64,000 bases of DNA from a virus, in the IMG/VR virus record IMGVR_UViG_3300047548_000297, positions 2,806 to 66,805 of that record, one strand, 5' to 3'. Position numbers and translations under genes: made by a program. Shown here one piece after another: positions 8,789 through 18,377 of the stretch. The first letter of the stretch is position 1. Each line of letters begins with the position of its first letter. The notes under the pieces were generated by a model, which saw nothing but the letters and a program-made list of their open reading frames with translations, was not told where the DNA came from and did not search any database.

Positions 8789-10084
8789 ATGGCTACCAAA
8801 CGCGGTTACGATATTGATGATGCTCCAGTTGCAGGTTCCGAAAAGCAACCACAAGTAAAAGATCTTGTATCTCTACTAGAATTTAGCGACAAGTTTACTT
8901 CTCTACGCTTAGTAGGTAAGCTATTCGCTTATGGAACACACTGGGTAAACGTAAAGAAGCGTGATGGTTCACGTACATCTTTCCCTACAGCCTGTCTAGC
9001 TTTTGACTCAGAAACAGGTCAACGGGATAGTACTAAGAAATGCCCGTGGTGTGATCACGAACGCGAGCATCCACAACCAAAGGATCAGGCTGATCGTAAG
9101 AACTTTTACGGAAGTAGTTTTAGCACTGACTACTACGTTAATGCTATTAGCCGTTCATTGCAAAAGCGTATTGGAACTACATTAGACACACCAACAAAGG
9201 TAGAGGCAAAGACAGGCTTCAAGCAGAAGGACTCGGATACTCAAACTCCTTTTGTTGTTCTTCGTCTAACTGCTTCCCTTGTTCGTTCGATCAAGGGCCT
9301 TAAGGAACTTAATGTTCATGAGGACGAAAACGGTGATAGCACAGCCTATGCTATTACGCACCCCAAGTTTGGACGCGATGTTTCTATCAAGTACGATAAG
9401 GATGCCGCAGGCGCAGCTAAGTATCCAATTCAGATTGGTGGAGAAGCCCCCCTAAAGGCCATTGAAAAGAAGTTCCTTCAGTGGGATCTTTCTGATCTAG
9501 TTCAGTCGCGTTCCTATGAAGACGAACTAGTCGAATACAAGCGCTGGGCCGAAAAGCTAGGCTTTGGTGTAAAGAAGAAGTCGTCCAAGGATATTGACGA
9601 AGAGGACGAAGACACTGGCCTAGACGATGGCGAAGAAGACGAAAAGCCAGCCAAGAAGGCTACTAAGCCTGCTGCTAAGAAGATGGCTAAGCCTAAGTAT
9701 GAAGAAGAGGACGATGAAGACATGGATGAAGAAGACGAGGAGGAAGGACAACTAAAGAAGCCTGCTAAAAAGGCTTCCAAGAAGCCTTCCCCATTTGAAG
9801 AAGATGATGAGGAAGACGAAGAAGAGGAACCTGTCCACAAGAAGTCGTCCAAGAAACCTGTAAAGAAGGTAGTGGACGACGAAGATGAGGAAGAGGAAGA
9901 TGATGAGGAAGAAAAGCCTGCAAAAAAGCCAGTAAAGAAACCGGCTAAGAAGGCTATAGAAGAAGAGGAAGATCTTGACGAAGAGGATGAAGAAGATCCT
10001 CCACCTAAAAAGGCTACTAAGAAGCCCGTTAAGAAGGCTAGTAAGCCTAAGTATGAAGAGGAAGATGAAGAAGACGATTATTAA
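8789..10084 (+). CDS. ssDNA-binding protein (gp32-like) with long charged tail
   Basis: Has H...C...CPWC putative Zn ligands, a GRDVSIK motif and an acidic C-terminus ending in Tyr; lies directly upstream of RecA. Confidence 0.75.
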   Translation: MATKRGYDIDDAPVAGSEKQPQVKDLVSLLEFSDKFTSLRLVGKLFAYGTHWVNVKKRDGSRTSFPTACLAFDSETGQRDSTKKCPWCDHEREHPQPKDQADRKNFYGSSFSTDYYVNAISRSLQKRIGTTLDTPTKVEAKTGFKQKDSDTQTPFVVLRLTASLVRSIKGLKELNVHEDENGDSTAYAITHPKFGRDVSIKYDKDAAGAAKYPIQIGGEAPLKAIEKKFLQWDLSDLVQSRSYEDELVEYKRWAEKLGFGVKKKSSKDIDEEDEDTGLDDGEEDEKPAKKATKPAAKKMAKPKYEEEDDEDMDEEDEEEGQLKKPAKKASKKPSPFEEDDEEDEEEEPVHKKSSKKPVKKVVDDEDEEEEDDEEEKPAKKPVKKPAKKAIEEEEDLDEEDEEDPPPKKATKKPVKKASKPKYEEEDEEDDY

Positions 10085-10107
10085 TAATCGTCTCTGTAAA
10101 CCGACAT

Positions 10108-10146
10108 GAGGCCCGAGTCCCCGAAAGGATTTCGGGCCTCTTTCTT
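10108..10146 (+). terminator. intrinsic terminator
   Basis: GAGGCCCGAGTCC/GGATTTCGGGCCTC stem followed by TTTCTT. Confidence 0.8.
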
Positions 10147-10166
10147 ATCTAGTTTTGGAATAATCT

Positions 10167-11588
10167 ATGGCACGCACTGCAAGCAAGAATGTATCTTCAA
10201 CTGGTACTCCGTATAGTTCCCCTGTAGACACACTAGATCTATTATCTGAGGTAGAGAAAGTAGCTAAAGTACAGAGTATTACTCTTACTGCTGAGGACCG
10301 AATTCCTACTGGTATTTTAAACCTTGATCTAGTACTTGGTGGTGGTATTTCACCTGCACTAATTACATTTGCAGGAGCTGAGCAGTCGGCAAAGACTACT
10401 ACAGCCATTGCAGCTATGGCTTCTTCAGTTAATAGTGACGTAGGGCTACGTGTCCTATGGGATGCTGAAGGATCCTCAGGTTCGTCTACTGATTATGTAG
10501 AAAATATCTTTGCTACTATGAATGTCAAAACTGACATGGAAACTCTGTTTGGAGTTAAGGATAGCAAAGGTAAATACGTAGTAGCCCCTATGGTATATTA
10601 CCGAGACGAAGGAGAAATGGAAACATTCTTCGACTGGGTTTCTGCTATGCTACGACGCTTTCCAGATAAGCGAAACGAACAAGGACGTTGGTGGTATATT
10701 TACGAAGCTACTAACGAAAACAAGGCCAAGTATAAATCCCAGATGGACGTTAGCATGTCTCGTCAGAATGGAGCTATTTACATTCCTGCTGAGAGTGGAG
10801 CACTACAAGCATTCATCATTATTGATTCCTGGCCTAGTTTAGTTCCAAAATCAATGGACGACGAAGATAGTAAAGGCTCAGGTATGGCGGCAGTTGCTCG
10901 TGAGTATGCTAAGCATCTTCCTCGCGTAGTTGGCAAGCTAAGATCCAAGCGTGTAGCAATTCTAGGTATTAATCAGCTAGCTGAAAAGCCTGGTTTTTCC
11001 ATGGGTGATAATAGATATGAAAAGGGTGGTAATGCTCTACGCTATTACTCAGCTCAACGCCTATGGTTTACCCCACGCGCTCTATCCGGTGTTCCTTTCA
11101 ATCCAAAAGGAAAGGGCATGGAAGAACTAGAGCCCTCTATTGATGGAGTTGGTGAGGACACGTATAGGTATATTCATGTAAAAGCTCGTAAGAATAAACT
11201 GGCCGTACCTAATCGCGAAACTTGGCTTCGTATTTGGGTTAGTGACGCAAAAGGAAATGCCCACGGAATTGATCCAGTGTTCGATTGTTTCTATATTCTC
11301 AGTCAGACTGGTCAGGTGAGTGGACGACGTTCTGCTATACGTCTAAACCTAGCTGGAATGGGGGAGGCCAAGAAGACTATGGACTGGGTTACGTTTAAGA
11401 GACTAGTCCTTACCACCAACAAAAAAGAAGCCACAGAAATTCTAGCAGCTATTGGTTACAAATATATTAATATTCGTCAGGGACTAGCCAGTATGCTCAA
11501 GAAAGGCACACTAGAAAAGATGTATATGGCAACACGCGCTGCTCCTGTAAAGAAGGCCGCAGCAGACGAGGAGGACTCTGATGAGTAA
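10167..11588 (+). CDS. recA: RecA/UvsX-like recombinase
   Basis: IPTGILNLDLVLGGG, GAEQSAKTT, WDAE, IIDS, GINQL, GGNALRYYS and KNK. Confidence 0.92.
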   Translation: MARTASKNVSSTGTPYSSPVDTLDLLSEVEKVAKVQSITLTAEDRIPTGILNLDLVLGGGISPALITFAGAEQSAKTTTAIAAMASSVNSDVGLRVLWDAEGSSGSSTDYVENIFATMNVKTDMETLFGVKDSKGKYVVAPMVYYRDEGEMETFFDWVSAMLRRFPDKRNEQGRWWYIYEATNENKAKYKSQMDVSMSRQNGAIYIPAESGALQAFIIIDSWPSLVPKSMDDEDSKGSGMAAVAREYAKHLPRVVGKLRSKRVAILGINQLAEKPGFSMGDNRYEKGGNALRYYSAQRLWFTPRALSGVPFNPKGKGMEELEPSIDGVGEDTYRYIHVKARKNKLAVPNRETWLRIWVSDAKGNAHGIDPVFDCFYILSQTGQVSGRRSAIRLNLAGMGEAKKTMDWVTFKRLVLTTNKKEATEILAAIGYKYINIRQGLASMLKKGTLEKMYMATRAAPVKKAAADEEDSDE

Positions 11589-12612
11589 ATCTTTTGACTT
11601 TGTAGCTATTGGTGATCTACATCTGGATGGGAAACTTAAAAAGTTCATTCCAAATCTGAATGAGGTTATCCTAAATGAGGCGCGCGTAGCATTGAATTAC
11701 GCACGGCGTAATGGTATTAAAGCTGTAGTATATCTTGGTGACGTGTGCGACGTTCCTAAGATGAGCCCTGATGCGCACCTTAGACTGCTAGACCTAGTTT
11801 CTGAGTATACGGATATCAAACATATCATGATTACAGGTAATCATGACACAGAGGACGAGAACACAAATTCTCTTCAGATTCTAAAACGTATGTCAGAATT
11901 AGGTGGTATTACAAATCTAAAGGTAATTGATAAGCCAACTAATCTTTATTCAAAGGCTGGCACTCCAGTTAGATTCTTACCATGGCCACACTTTTCAGTG
12001 GGCAAGGACTATCTAAATATCATGCATATTGAGACTAATGGATCTCAATGGGATCATGGTAAGGCAGTTGAATCCGAACGAGACACTAGCTATACATGCC
12101 TATCGGGGCACCTTCATACAAAACAGATCGTTGGCAAGAAAAAGAACATTCATTTCGTAGGAACTCTGTATCAAACTAATTTTGGTGAGCGCCTAGACAA
12201 GTACTTTGCCCACTGTAGTTGGGACGGAACTGAGTTTGGAATTGACTATATTCCTATCAAGCCTACATACAGCCTACATAACCTTATAATTGCAGAAAAG
12301 GGTGATCTAGGTAAAATCGTTACTGATCCGTTTAATCTATACAAGTGCTTTGTCAAGTCGGGAGTGGACCTTTCTGCCTCAGACCTGGAAAAGTATTCTA
12401 ACGTAGTAAAGGTAAACTCATTCAAATCACGTCAGGAACTAGAGGCTCTTCTATCAGATGAACTTCTAATGCAAGATGTTGATGCAGAAGTAAGTTCAAT
12501 GACAGTTCTAGATGCTCTGCAAAAGTGGATGTTAAGGTCTAAAGTAGACGAAGGTTTAGCTGAGAAAACGCTGAACCTGTTTAACAAACTAAGTCAAACC
12601 AAGGTAAATTAA
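11581..12612 (+). CDS. SbcD/Mre11 (gp47-like) nuclease
   Basis: Metallophosphoesterase motifs GDLH, GDVCD, GNHD and GHLH. Confidence 0.88.
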   Translation: MSKSFDFVAIGDLHLDGKLKKFIPNLNEVILNEARVALNYARRNGIKAVVYLGDVCDVPKMSPDAHLRLLDLVSEYTDIKHIMITGNHDTEDENTNSLQILKRMSELGGITNLKVIDKPTNLYSKAGTPVRFLPWPHFSVGKDYLNIMHIETNGSQWDHGKAVESERDTSYTCLSGHLHTKQIVGKKKNIHFVGTLYQTNFGERLDKYFAHCSWDGTEFGIDYIPIKPTYSLHNLIIAEKGDLGKIVTDPFNLYKCFVKSGVDLSASDLEKYSNVVKVNSFKSRQELEALLSDELLMQDVDAEVSSMTVLDALQKWMLRSKVDEGLAEKTLNLFNKLSQTKVN

Positions 12613-13728
12613 ATGTCTTTGTATAACAAGTATCGTCCGCGCAGCCTTCGCCGCGTTATTGGACATGATCAGGTAGTAACCACACTACGCGGTAAAATTT
12701 CTGAAGGTAAACTGGGTAGTGCTATTCTGTTTACTGGCCCTACTTCTGTTGGAAAAACTACTCTAGCAAAAGCACTAGCTGCGGATATACTTGGCACTAA
12801 AACCCTACTAGTTTCAAATCCTAACTTTTCTGAATACAATCTATCCGAGAATCGAACTATTGAAGACATCAGAGCTATTATTAGCGTCTCTAGGCTTAAG
12901 CCTAGAGACGGAGCAGTTAAACGAATTATCCTACTTGAGGAGTTTCAGGGTATTCTTGGTGCGCCCGCAGCAGGAAATGCTTTTCTATCTGCTTTAGAAA
13001 ACCCTCCTGATAGCACATTGTTTATTTTATGTTCTATGGAGGGTGATAAGTTTGGGTCAGGTCAACTAGGAAAAGCTTTAGCTAATCGATGCTTACGCTT
13101 CAACCTGCAGCCTCCAGGTAAAGCTGAACTAGTAAAGCAGGCCAAGCGTATTGTAACAAACGAAGGCGCTAGCTATATTACAGACGAAGTTATTTCAGAA
13201 GTAGCTGATAACTGTTCCTCACAGATGCGTATTCTGGCGAATATCATAGAAGGACTTATCGGATACTATGATGGATTAGCAGAGAAGCCGGAGGAGCTAT
13301 CTAAAGACGACGTTCTAAAGGTTCTAGAGAGTTCTAGTAATGATGAAGCTGCAGTAGTTAACTTTATTATTGCTCTACTATCTGGTAAGTTTGCTGAATC
13401 TCAGCTTGCTTTGCTAGACGTTGGTGATGCCACAGGTTTTGCAATGAAGACTTGTAGTGTAGCTAACTTTGTGCTGAATAATCTACTGCTTAAGGGTCAG
13501 CGCCATCCAAAAGTATGGGGCACTACAGCTGGATGGAATGCGTTCAAGCGACTCAAGGAAATTAAATTAGTTGCAGGGTTAAAAGACTCTGACCTACTCG
13601 ACAGATTGGCTGAGCTAAACTCTGCGCTTGTTAGCTTTAAACTACAAGCCGGAGCATTTGCAGTTGACGAACGACTTGCTTTGTCCGCTGTAGCTTGGAA
13701 TTTTGTAAAACAATACAGGAATAAGTAA
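12613..13728 (+). CDS. clamp loader AAA+ subunit (DnaX gamma/tau-like)
   Basis: LYNKYRP, GPTSVGKTT, LLEE, LENPP and NRC. Confidence 0.9.
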   Translation: MSLYNKYRPRSLRRVIGHDQVVTTLRGKISEGKLGSAILFTGPTSVGKTTLAKALAADILGTKTLLVSNPNFSEYNLSENRTIEDIRAIISVSRLKPRDGAVKRIILLEEFQGILGAPAAGNAFLSALENPPDSTLFILCSMEGDKFGSGQLGKALANRCLRFNLQPPGKAELVKQAKRIVTNEGASYITDEVISEVADNCSSQMRILANIIEGLIGYYDGLAEKPEELSKDDVLKVLESSSNDEAAVVNFIIALLSGKFAESQLALLDVGDATGFAMKTCSVANFVLNNLLLKGQRHPKVWGTTAGWNAFKRLKEIKLVAGLKDSDLLDRLAELNSALVSFKLQAGAFAVDERLALSAVAWNFVKQYRNK

Positions 13729-13730
13729 GA

Positions 13731-15920
13731 ATGAGCCAGGGTCTAGTTTTTCATAGCATAACACTTATTGATTTTCCTTTCTTTAAAAAACAAACCTTCG
13801 TACTAGACTCTGGACACATCAATCTAGTACTAGGTCAAAACTTTAATGGTGGCGGTTCCAGTAATCCAAATGGTGCTGGTAAATCATTATTCTTTTCTCA
13901 GATCATAGAGTTCATTACAGATGAGCCTATTATTGGAGTAAAAAAAGATAAAATTCGACGCGGTACTAGAATACTAGAGTTTTCAAAAGCAGGCAAACGT
14001 TATAAAGTTACTAGGTCTTTTACTGAGGGTAAAGAGAAGATAACTATTGAACGTGAAGGCAAAGACCTAGGAATTCGTGAGCTTAAAGCTGCTAAGGATA
14101 TGATCGATAACGTAATCGGTCTTAGTAAAGAAGAGTTATATACATTTGTCTATCTAGACTCTCAGGTTGGGCATCCACTTATTCATGGAGATACTGCTGT
14201 AAGAAAGAACTTCTTTGTTTCGTTTTTTAAGCAGTTTGGTGTGCTGAACAACTTCCGTAAACTAGTAGCAGCCCAGGTAGACATGTGTAAAGGAGATCTC
14301 ATTCGTATTGAGGAAGCTCAAGGTCGAATGAATTCTTTGAAAGCTAAACTACCTGCTACACCTATTAAAAAACTTAAAGCTGCAGTAGAAGAACTACAGG
14401 AAGAATCTAGTTCTCTTGCTACTACGGTACCTGAACTAGTACGAGCTAATAGCATACGAGAAAAGTATTTTAGTATTAGAGATAAGCTTCGTTCCTTGTG
14501 CATGGAAATTCAGGTTACTGATATAGATGAAGTTCAAGCTAAGCGCAAAGAATTGAGATCTTTAGGAAGAGAACTCTCTCAGGAGCAGGATGCTCTTGAT
14601 AGGTATAATTCCTGGCTAGAATCGAATGCTCAAATCGCGGCAAGACTAGAAGAACTTAGTAGTAAGGTTGGGGATATAGATGCTGAGTTACTGCGAACCA
14701 AACTATCTGAACTAGAGGCTAAGTATTCCACTGAGAAGTCTAAGGCACGTAGCCTGAGTTCAAGGTTAAGTGAAGCCGAAGATAAGATGGAAATACTGCA
14801 GTCTAGTAGGAAAAAGACAAAACACCGTATTGAGCATCTGAGTTCTGACGAAGGTAAATGTCCAACATGCGGAGCTGACTACGTTAATAAGTCTGCGGCC
14901 ACTGAACTAGCCTTGGCTAACTCCAGGCTAAAACAAATAGCAAAAGATATAGAGTCAACTCAGCAGGAACTAAATGAACTTAGCTCTGAACTTGAAACAC
15001 AGACAGTAGTAGTTAGTAAAACAGAGGCTAAGCTTGGAAAACTAACTGCCAAACTTAACTTGGTTGACGAATACAACCAGTTAAAATCCTCTAGATCAAA
15101 TTCGCCTCCTAAGCCTAATCGTACACAGGAGCAAATTACCTACGGCCTTTCAAAAGTAGATACTGTACTAGACCAGCTATCTAGTATGATACCAATGTTT
15201 GAGCTGAAGAATGAATGGTTTGCCGTTAGTTCGTATACTAGAGCACAACTAAAAACTCTAGACCTAGCTGAAATAAACTCCAAGATGACGGAAGTTAGCT
15301 CTAAACTAGCTTCAGCTAGAGTAAACTACGAGATGGCTAGTAGTTTACGGTCAGAGATCGCTGCGATCAGTGATAGGCTAAGTGAGTTAAATTCCAAGGT
15401 AGAAGACTTAGACGCTCTGAAAACACTTGAGGGAGCATTCTCAAAGAAAGGCATAGAGATGATTCTCATAAAGTCTTTATGTTCATCTCTAGAACAGCAG
15501 GTAAATAAGTACTCGAAGCTTATTTTTCCAGAAGACTATACATTTACATTTGAGCTTGATACAAACTTCTCTATTCTGGTAACACGTATTCATAATAGTA
15601 AAGCAGAAACTTCTGATGTTAGAAAACTATCTGGTGCTGAGAGAAAACTATTTTCCTTGGTACTACTGATATCACTACTTACATTCATTCCTAAGTCTAA
15701 ACGGACTAATCTGCTAGTATTGGATGAGCCTACTGCTGCTATGGGTGAGGATAATAAGGCAAGTCTAATTAGGTTCCTACCAGTATTACAGTCAATTATT
15801 CCAAATATTATTGTTATCACTCCGCTGGATAAACAAGATTATGCAGTTATTAATCCTAAAGTGTGGACTGTGCAGAAACGGGGGCTCCAGTCTAGAATAG
15901 TGGAAGGTGGGCCTCGATGA
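13731..15920 (+). CDS. SbcC/Rad50 (gp46-like) ATPase
   Basis: NGAGKS, coiled coils, CPTC zinc hook, LSGAE signature and LVLDEP. Confidence 0.92.
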   Translation: MSQGLVFHSITLIDFPFFKKQTFVLDSGHINLVLGQNFNGGGSSNPNGAGKSLFFSQIIEFITDEPIIGVKKDKIRRGTRILEFSKAGKRYKVTRSFTEGKEKITIEREGKDLGIRELKAAKDMIDNVIGLSKEELYTFVYLDSQVGHPLIHGDTAVRKNFFVSFFKQFGVLNNFRKLVAAQVDMCKGDLIRIEEAQGRMNSLKAKLPATPIKKLKAAVEELQEESSSLATTVPELVRANSIREKYFSIRDKLRSLCMEIQVTDIDEVQAKRKELRSLGRELSQEQDALDRYNSWLESNAQIAARLEELSSKVGDIDAELLRTKLSELEAKYSTEKSKARSLSSRLSEAEDKMEILQSSRKKTKHRIEHLSSDEGKCPTCGADYVNKSAATELALANSRLKQIAKDIESTQQELNELSSELETQTVVVSKTEAKLGKLTAKLNLVDEYNQLKSSRSNSPPKPNRTQEQITYGLSKVDTVLDQLSSMIPMFELKNEWFAVSSYTRAQLKTLDLAEINSKMTEVSSKLASARVNYEMASSLRSEIAAISDRLSELNSKVEDLDALKTLEGAFSKKGIEMILIKSLCSSLEQQVNKYSKLIFPEDYTFTFELDTNFSILVTRIHNSKAETSDVRKLSGAERKLFSLVLLISLLTFIPKSKRTNLLVLDEPTAAMGEDNKASLIRFLPVLQSIIPNIIVITPLDKQDYAVINPKVWTVQKRGLQSRIVEGGPR

Positions 15921-16609
15921 TAGTAATGATACGCGCAGCAAAAGAACTAACTCCATTGGACGTAGTTCATACGTGCTCTAGATTTAGTATTACATGTACA
16001 GTATTCAACAGTACTCTTGCTATTTCCGATAGAAAAAAGAGATATGTACAGAGTCCTAGTGCTACTAAAATACGGGTAGTATACTTTGATTCTATAAAAC
16101 TATTGCTAAGAAGGTGGGAAGCTCTATCTAGATCAAAACTACGAATGCTAATACTCGTAAATAGCTGCGACGAGTACGAAATAAAACAAATACAAAAGCA
16201 GGATATAGTTTCTATACTGAAGGTTTGTAAGAGGCTTGAGAGTACACATACAACTGTTGCTAAGCCAAGGCATATGTATGACATGGTAACAAATGCCATG
16301 AAGTGTAACATGCAGCAGTCGATAGTTCATAAACTAAGCATGAGTTTGTATTCAGTAAAGGACAAGCCTCTTAGGGATGAGATGCGTAAGAGCATCATGC
16401 GGTATTTAGCTGGGTGTGGTGCTAAGCCTAATATGCTAGCCTACCCTAGAATTAATAAACTTATGTCAGATCCTATGATACCTGCATTAAGACAAGCCGT
16501 AATACTATCAAGATCTCTTGGTGAAGGTGGTCCAGATCTAGCAGCAGCTAAAACAAATATTGATAGATTCGATATAGCTTACGTAGAATCCTATATTACT
16601 AAAAAATAG
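15917..16609 (+). CDS. hypothetical protein
   Basis: ORF coupled to the upstream gene by an ATGA overlap; no recognised motif. Confidence 0.7.
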   Translation: MIVMIRAAKELTPLDVVHTCSRFSITCTVFNSTLAISDRKKRYVQSPSATKIRVVYFDSIKLLLRRWEALSRSKLRMLILVNSCDEYEIKQIQKQDIVSILKVCKRLESTHTTVAKPRHMYDMVTNAMKCNMQQSIVHKLSMSLYSVKDKPLRDEMRKSIMRYLAGCGAKPNMLAYPRINKLMSDPMIPALRQAVILSRSLGEGGPDLAAAKTNIDRFDIAYVESYITKK

Positions 16610-16611
16610 CT

Positions 16612-16619
16612 CAATTTTA
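16612..16619 (+). promoter_or_regulatory. CAATTT promoter-like motif
   Basis: CAATTTTA lies about 20 nt before the ATG at 16640. Confidence 0.45.
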
Positions 16620-16639
16620 GTATTGTACAGGAGGGCAAT

Positions 16640-17131
16640 ATGGCGTTTGATAACATGAGTTTTGTCTTAAACTACCCTTTGAACTCTACTAATACTGTTA
16701 CGAATAATTCAGCATACCTAGCACCTTCTGGAACAGGTCTGCTGAAAATTTCTTTCTATGATGGCACTGAAGTTGGAGCAGAAGATGGCTCTTATATACT
16801 AACTAAGTCCGGAGTAAAGCTCGTATCTGAGCTAACAGTCTCTGACTATGTTAGTTTCTGGTATCCAGCTCAGATAACAGGACAGTTTAAAGAAACTGTT
16901 CAGTATCAGTCTATTAGAGAGTTTTTAGTCCACGACATTGGATTAGCTAAACAAGTTAGCTCAGTATCTAGTCTAGGTCAAGGTTACGGTTTATCCAGTC
17001 CTGTCTACAGGACACCTGAAAATGGTGGTACATCTGGAGAGGACTATCCGTGTGTATGTGTATTATTTAATGATAGTTGTGGCACCAGAATGACTACAAC
17101 TACTTTTAGTATTGAACAACTGGAGAATTAA
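16640..17131 (+). CDS. hypothetical protein, possibly a degenerate Hint fold
   Basis: Strong SD (AGGAGG). LLKISFYDG...ILTKSGVKLVSEL..SDYV resembles the Hint beta-strand pattern. Confidence 0.65.
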   Translation: MAFDNMSFVLNYPLNSTNTVTNNSAYLAPSGTGLLKISFYDGTEVGAEDGSYILTKSGVKLVSELTVSDYVSFWYPAQITGQFKETVQYQSIREFLVHDIGLAKQVSSVSSLGQGYGLSSPVYRTPENGGTSGEDYPCVCVLFNDSCGTRMTTTTFSIEQLEN

Positions 17132-17875
17132 ATGGGAAAACAGAATTTTCTGCCGGTGGTATGCAACGAAACAGTACTTGGTGTAGTTCCAATTACTGAA
17201 ACTACGTTCACACCAGGATCAACTACCGCAACAGTTAATGGAAACACGGTTAGTATAGAATGGCGCAGTAAGAATACTGAAGGTAATAACCCCGTATCAT
17301 TTGCTATCCTACCCGTAAATGCTAGTTCAAAGCGATCTGGATATTATAAACAGATGTACCCAACGCTAATTGGTGTTGATCAGCTAGTACTAAAACCTAA
17401 GTGGTTCGCTGTTTCTGGTCTTATTACTAATAATCTGCTACCTGAACAGAATGGACTCATGCATTTTCTATCAACAGGAGTAGATAGCGGTAGTATTGTA
17501 TCAGTAGTACCTTCTGCACCAACTGCTACTGGAGCAAGCTTTATCTGGAACATTACTACCAACTTTATTGGCACATCAGCCTGCACCTTTACTGATATAA
17601 ACTGGCTAGAACTACTATCAGCTAGCCATCCTAATATTGAACCTGTATCGATAAGCTTGAGTGATCCTACTCCCAGTTCTTTACTGACTAACATTCGTGC
17701 CTACGTAGTACAAACTCCTAATGTATTTGGTGCAGGTGGTGTAGTGTATAACACCATACGTTTTGTTAAGATCCGTGCAGATGATCCAACACCAGGAACG
17801 TATACGTATAATGCTACCATAACTGCAAAAAATGGACTGTCTACTGTGGTAGTTCTTACTCTAATCGTACAATAA
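17132..17875 (+). CDS. probable virion protein (beta-rich, Ig-like C-terminus)
   Basis: S/T/V-rich; ends PTPGTYTYNATITAKNG...VVLTLIV. Confidence 0.6.
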   Translation: MGKQNFLPVVCNETVLGVVPITETTFTPGSTTATVNGNTVSIEWRSKNTEGNNPVSFAILPVNASSKRSGYYKQMYPTLIGVDQLVLKPKWFAVSGLITNNLLPEQNGLMHFLSTGVDSGSIVSVVPSAPTATGASFIWNITTNFIGTSACTFTDINWLELLSASHPNIEPVSISLSDPTPSSLLTNIRAYVVQTPNVFGAGGVVYNTIRFVKIRADDPTPGTYTYNATITAKNGLSTVVVLTLIVQ

Positions 17876-17946
17876 AAACCCATCTTGGACCTTAGTTGCT
17901 TAAACGCATTGTATAGTTGCCTTTCACTATATAGTCCGAGTATTTG

Positions 17947-17993
17947 TGCCGCCTATTGATCAAGTTGGGGCTTGGTTTATGGCGGCATTTTTT
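17947..17993 (+). terminator. intrinsic terminator
   Basis: TGCCGCC...GGCGGCA followed by TTTTTT, with an extended inner stem. Confidence 0.75.
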
Positions 17994-18018
17994 CGTCCTC
18001 ATTCTGTTAATGAACTCT

Positions 18019-18375
18019 ATGAATCCATACATACTAATTGAGCCTGAGCTTATACATCTGTTTGAAGACGATGAAGAACGAGATAACTTATGTAAGCAAC
18101 TTATTGATATACTTCAAACTACAGTCCACGTAGAATGTGCTGCGCTGACTTCAAGTATATCACCTGATGCTTTTGGTCTACGTGTTATTACACCAGGAAA
18201 ACTGGATAAAGCTTGTGAAGACATGTGCCCTAAGCTTAATACTATAGCAGCAGCATTTTTAGAAAAGTCTAAGTATTATAAGTCTATAGCTGTAGAAGTT
18301 CATATAACTAGAAACAGACTAGATGTTTATTTATCGGCCAAGTATTATACTGGCATATCCTCAATGGTACACTAA
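18019..18375 (+). CDS. hypothetical protein
   Basis: The ORF-track TTG start runs through the terminator, so ATG 18010 or 18019 is preferred. Confidence 0.6.
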   Translation: MNPYILIEPELIHLFEDDEERDNLCKQLIDILQTTVHVECAALTSSISPDAFGLRVITPGKLDKACEDMCPKLNTIAAAFLEKSKYYKSIAVEVHITRNRLDVYLSAKYYTGISSMVH

Positions 18376-18377
18376 GT

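Noticed and set aside
9514-9852. Antisense and nested ORFs in the track (e.g. 9514-9852, 21241-21708, 22252-22830, 35043-35516, 47754-48029, 63699-63887)
   Set aside because: They lie opposite well-supported genes and mirror their codon bias or low complexity.
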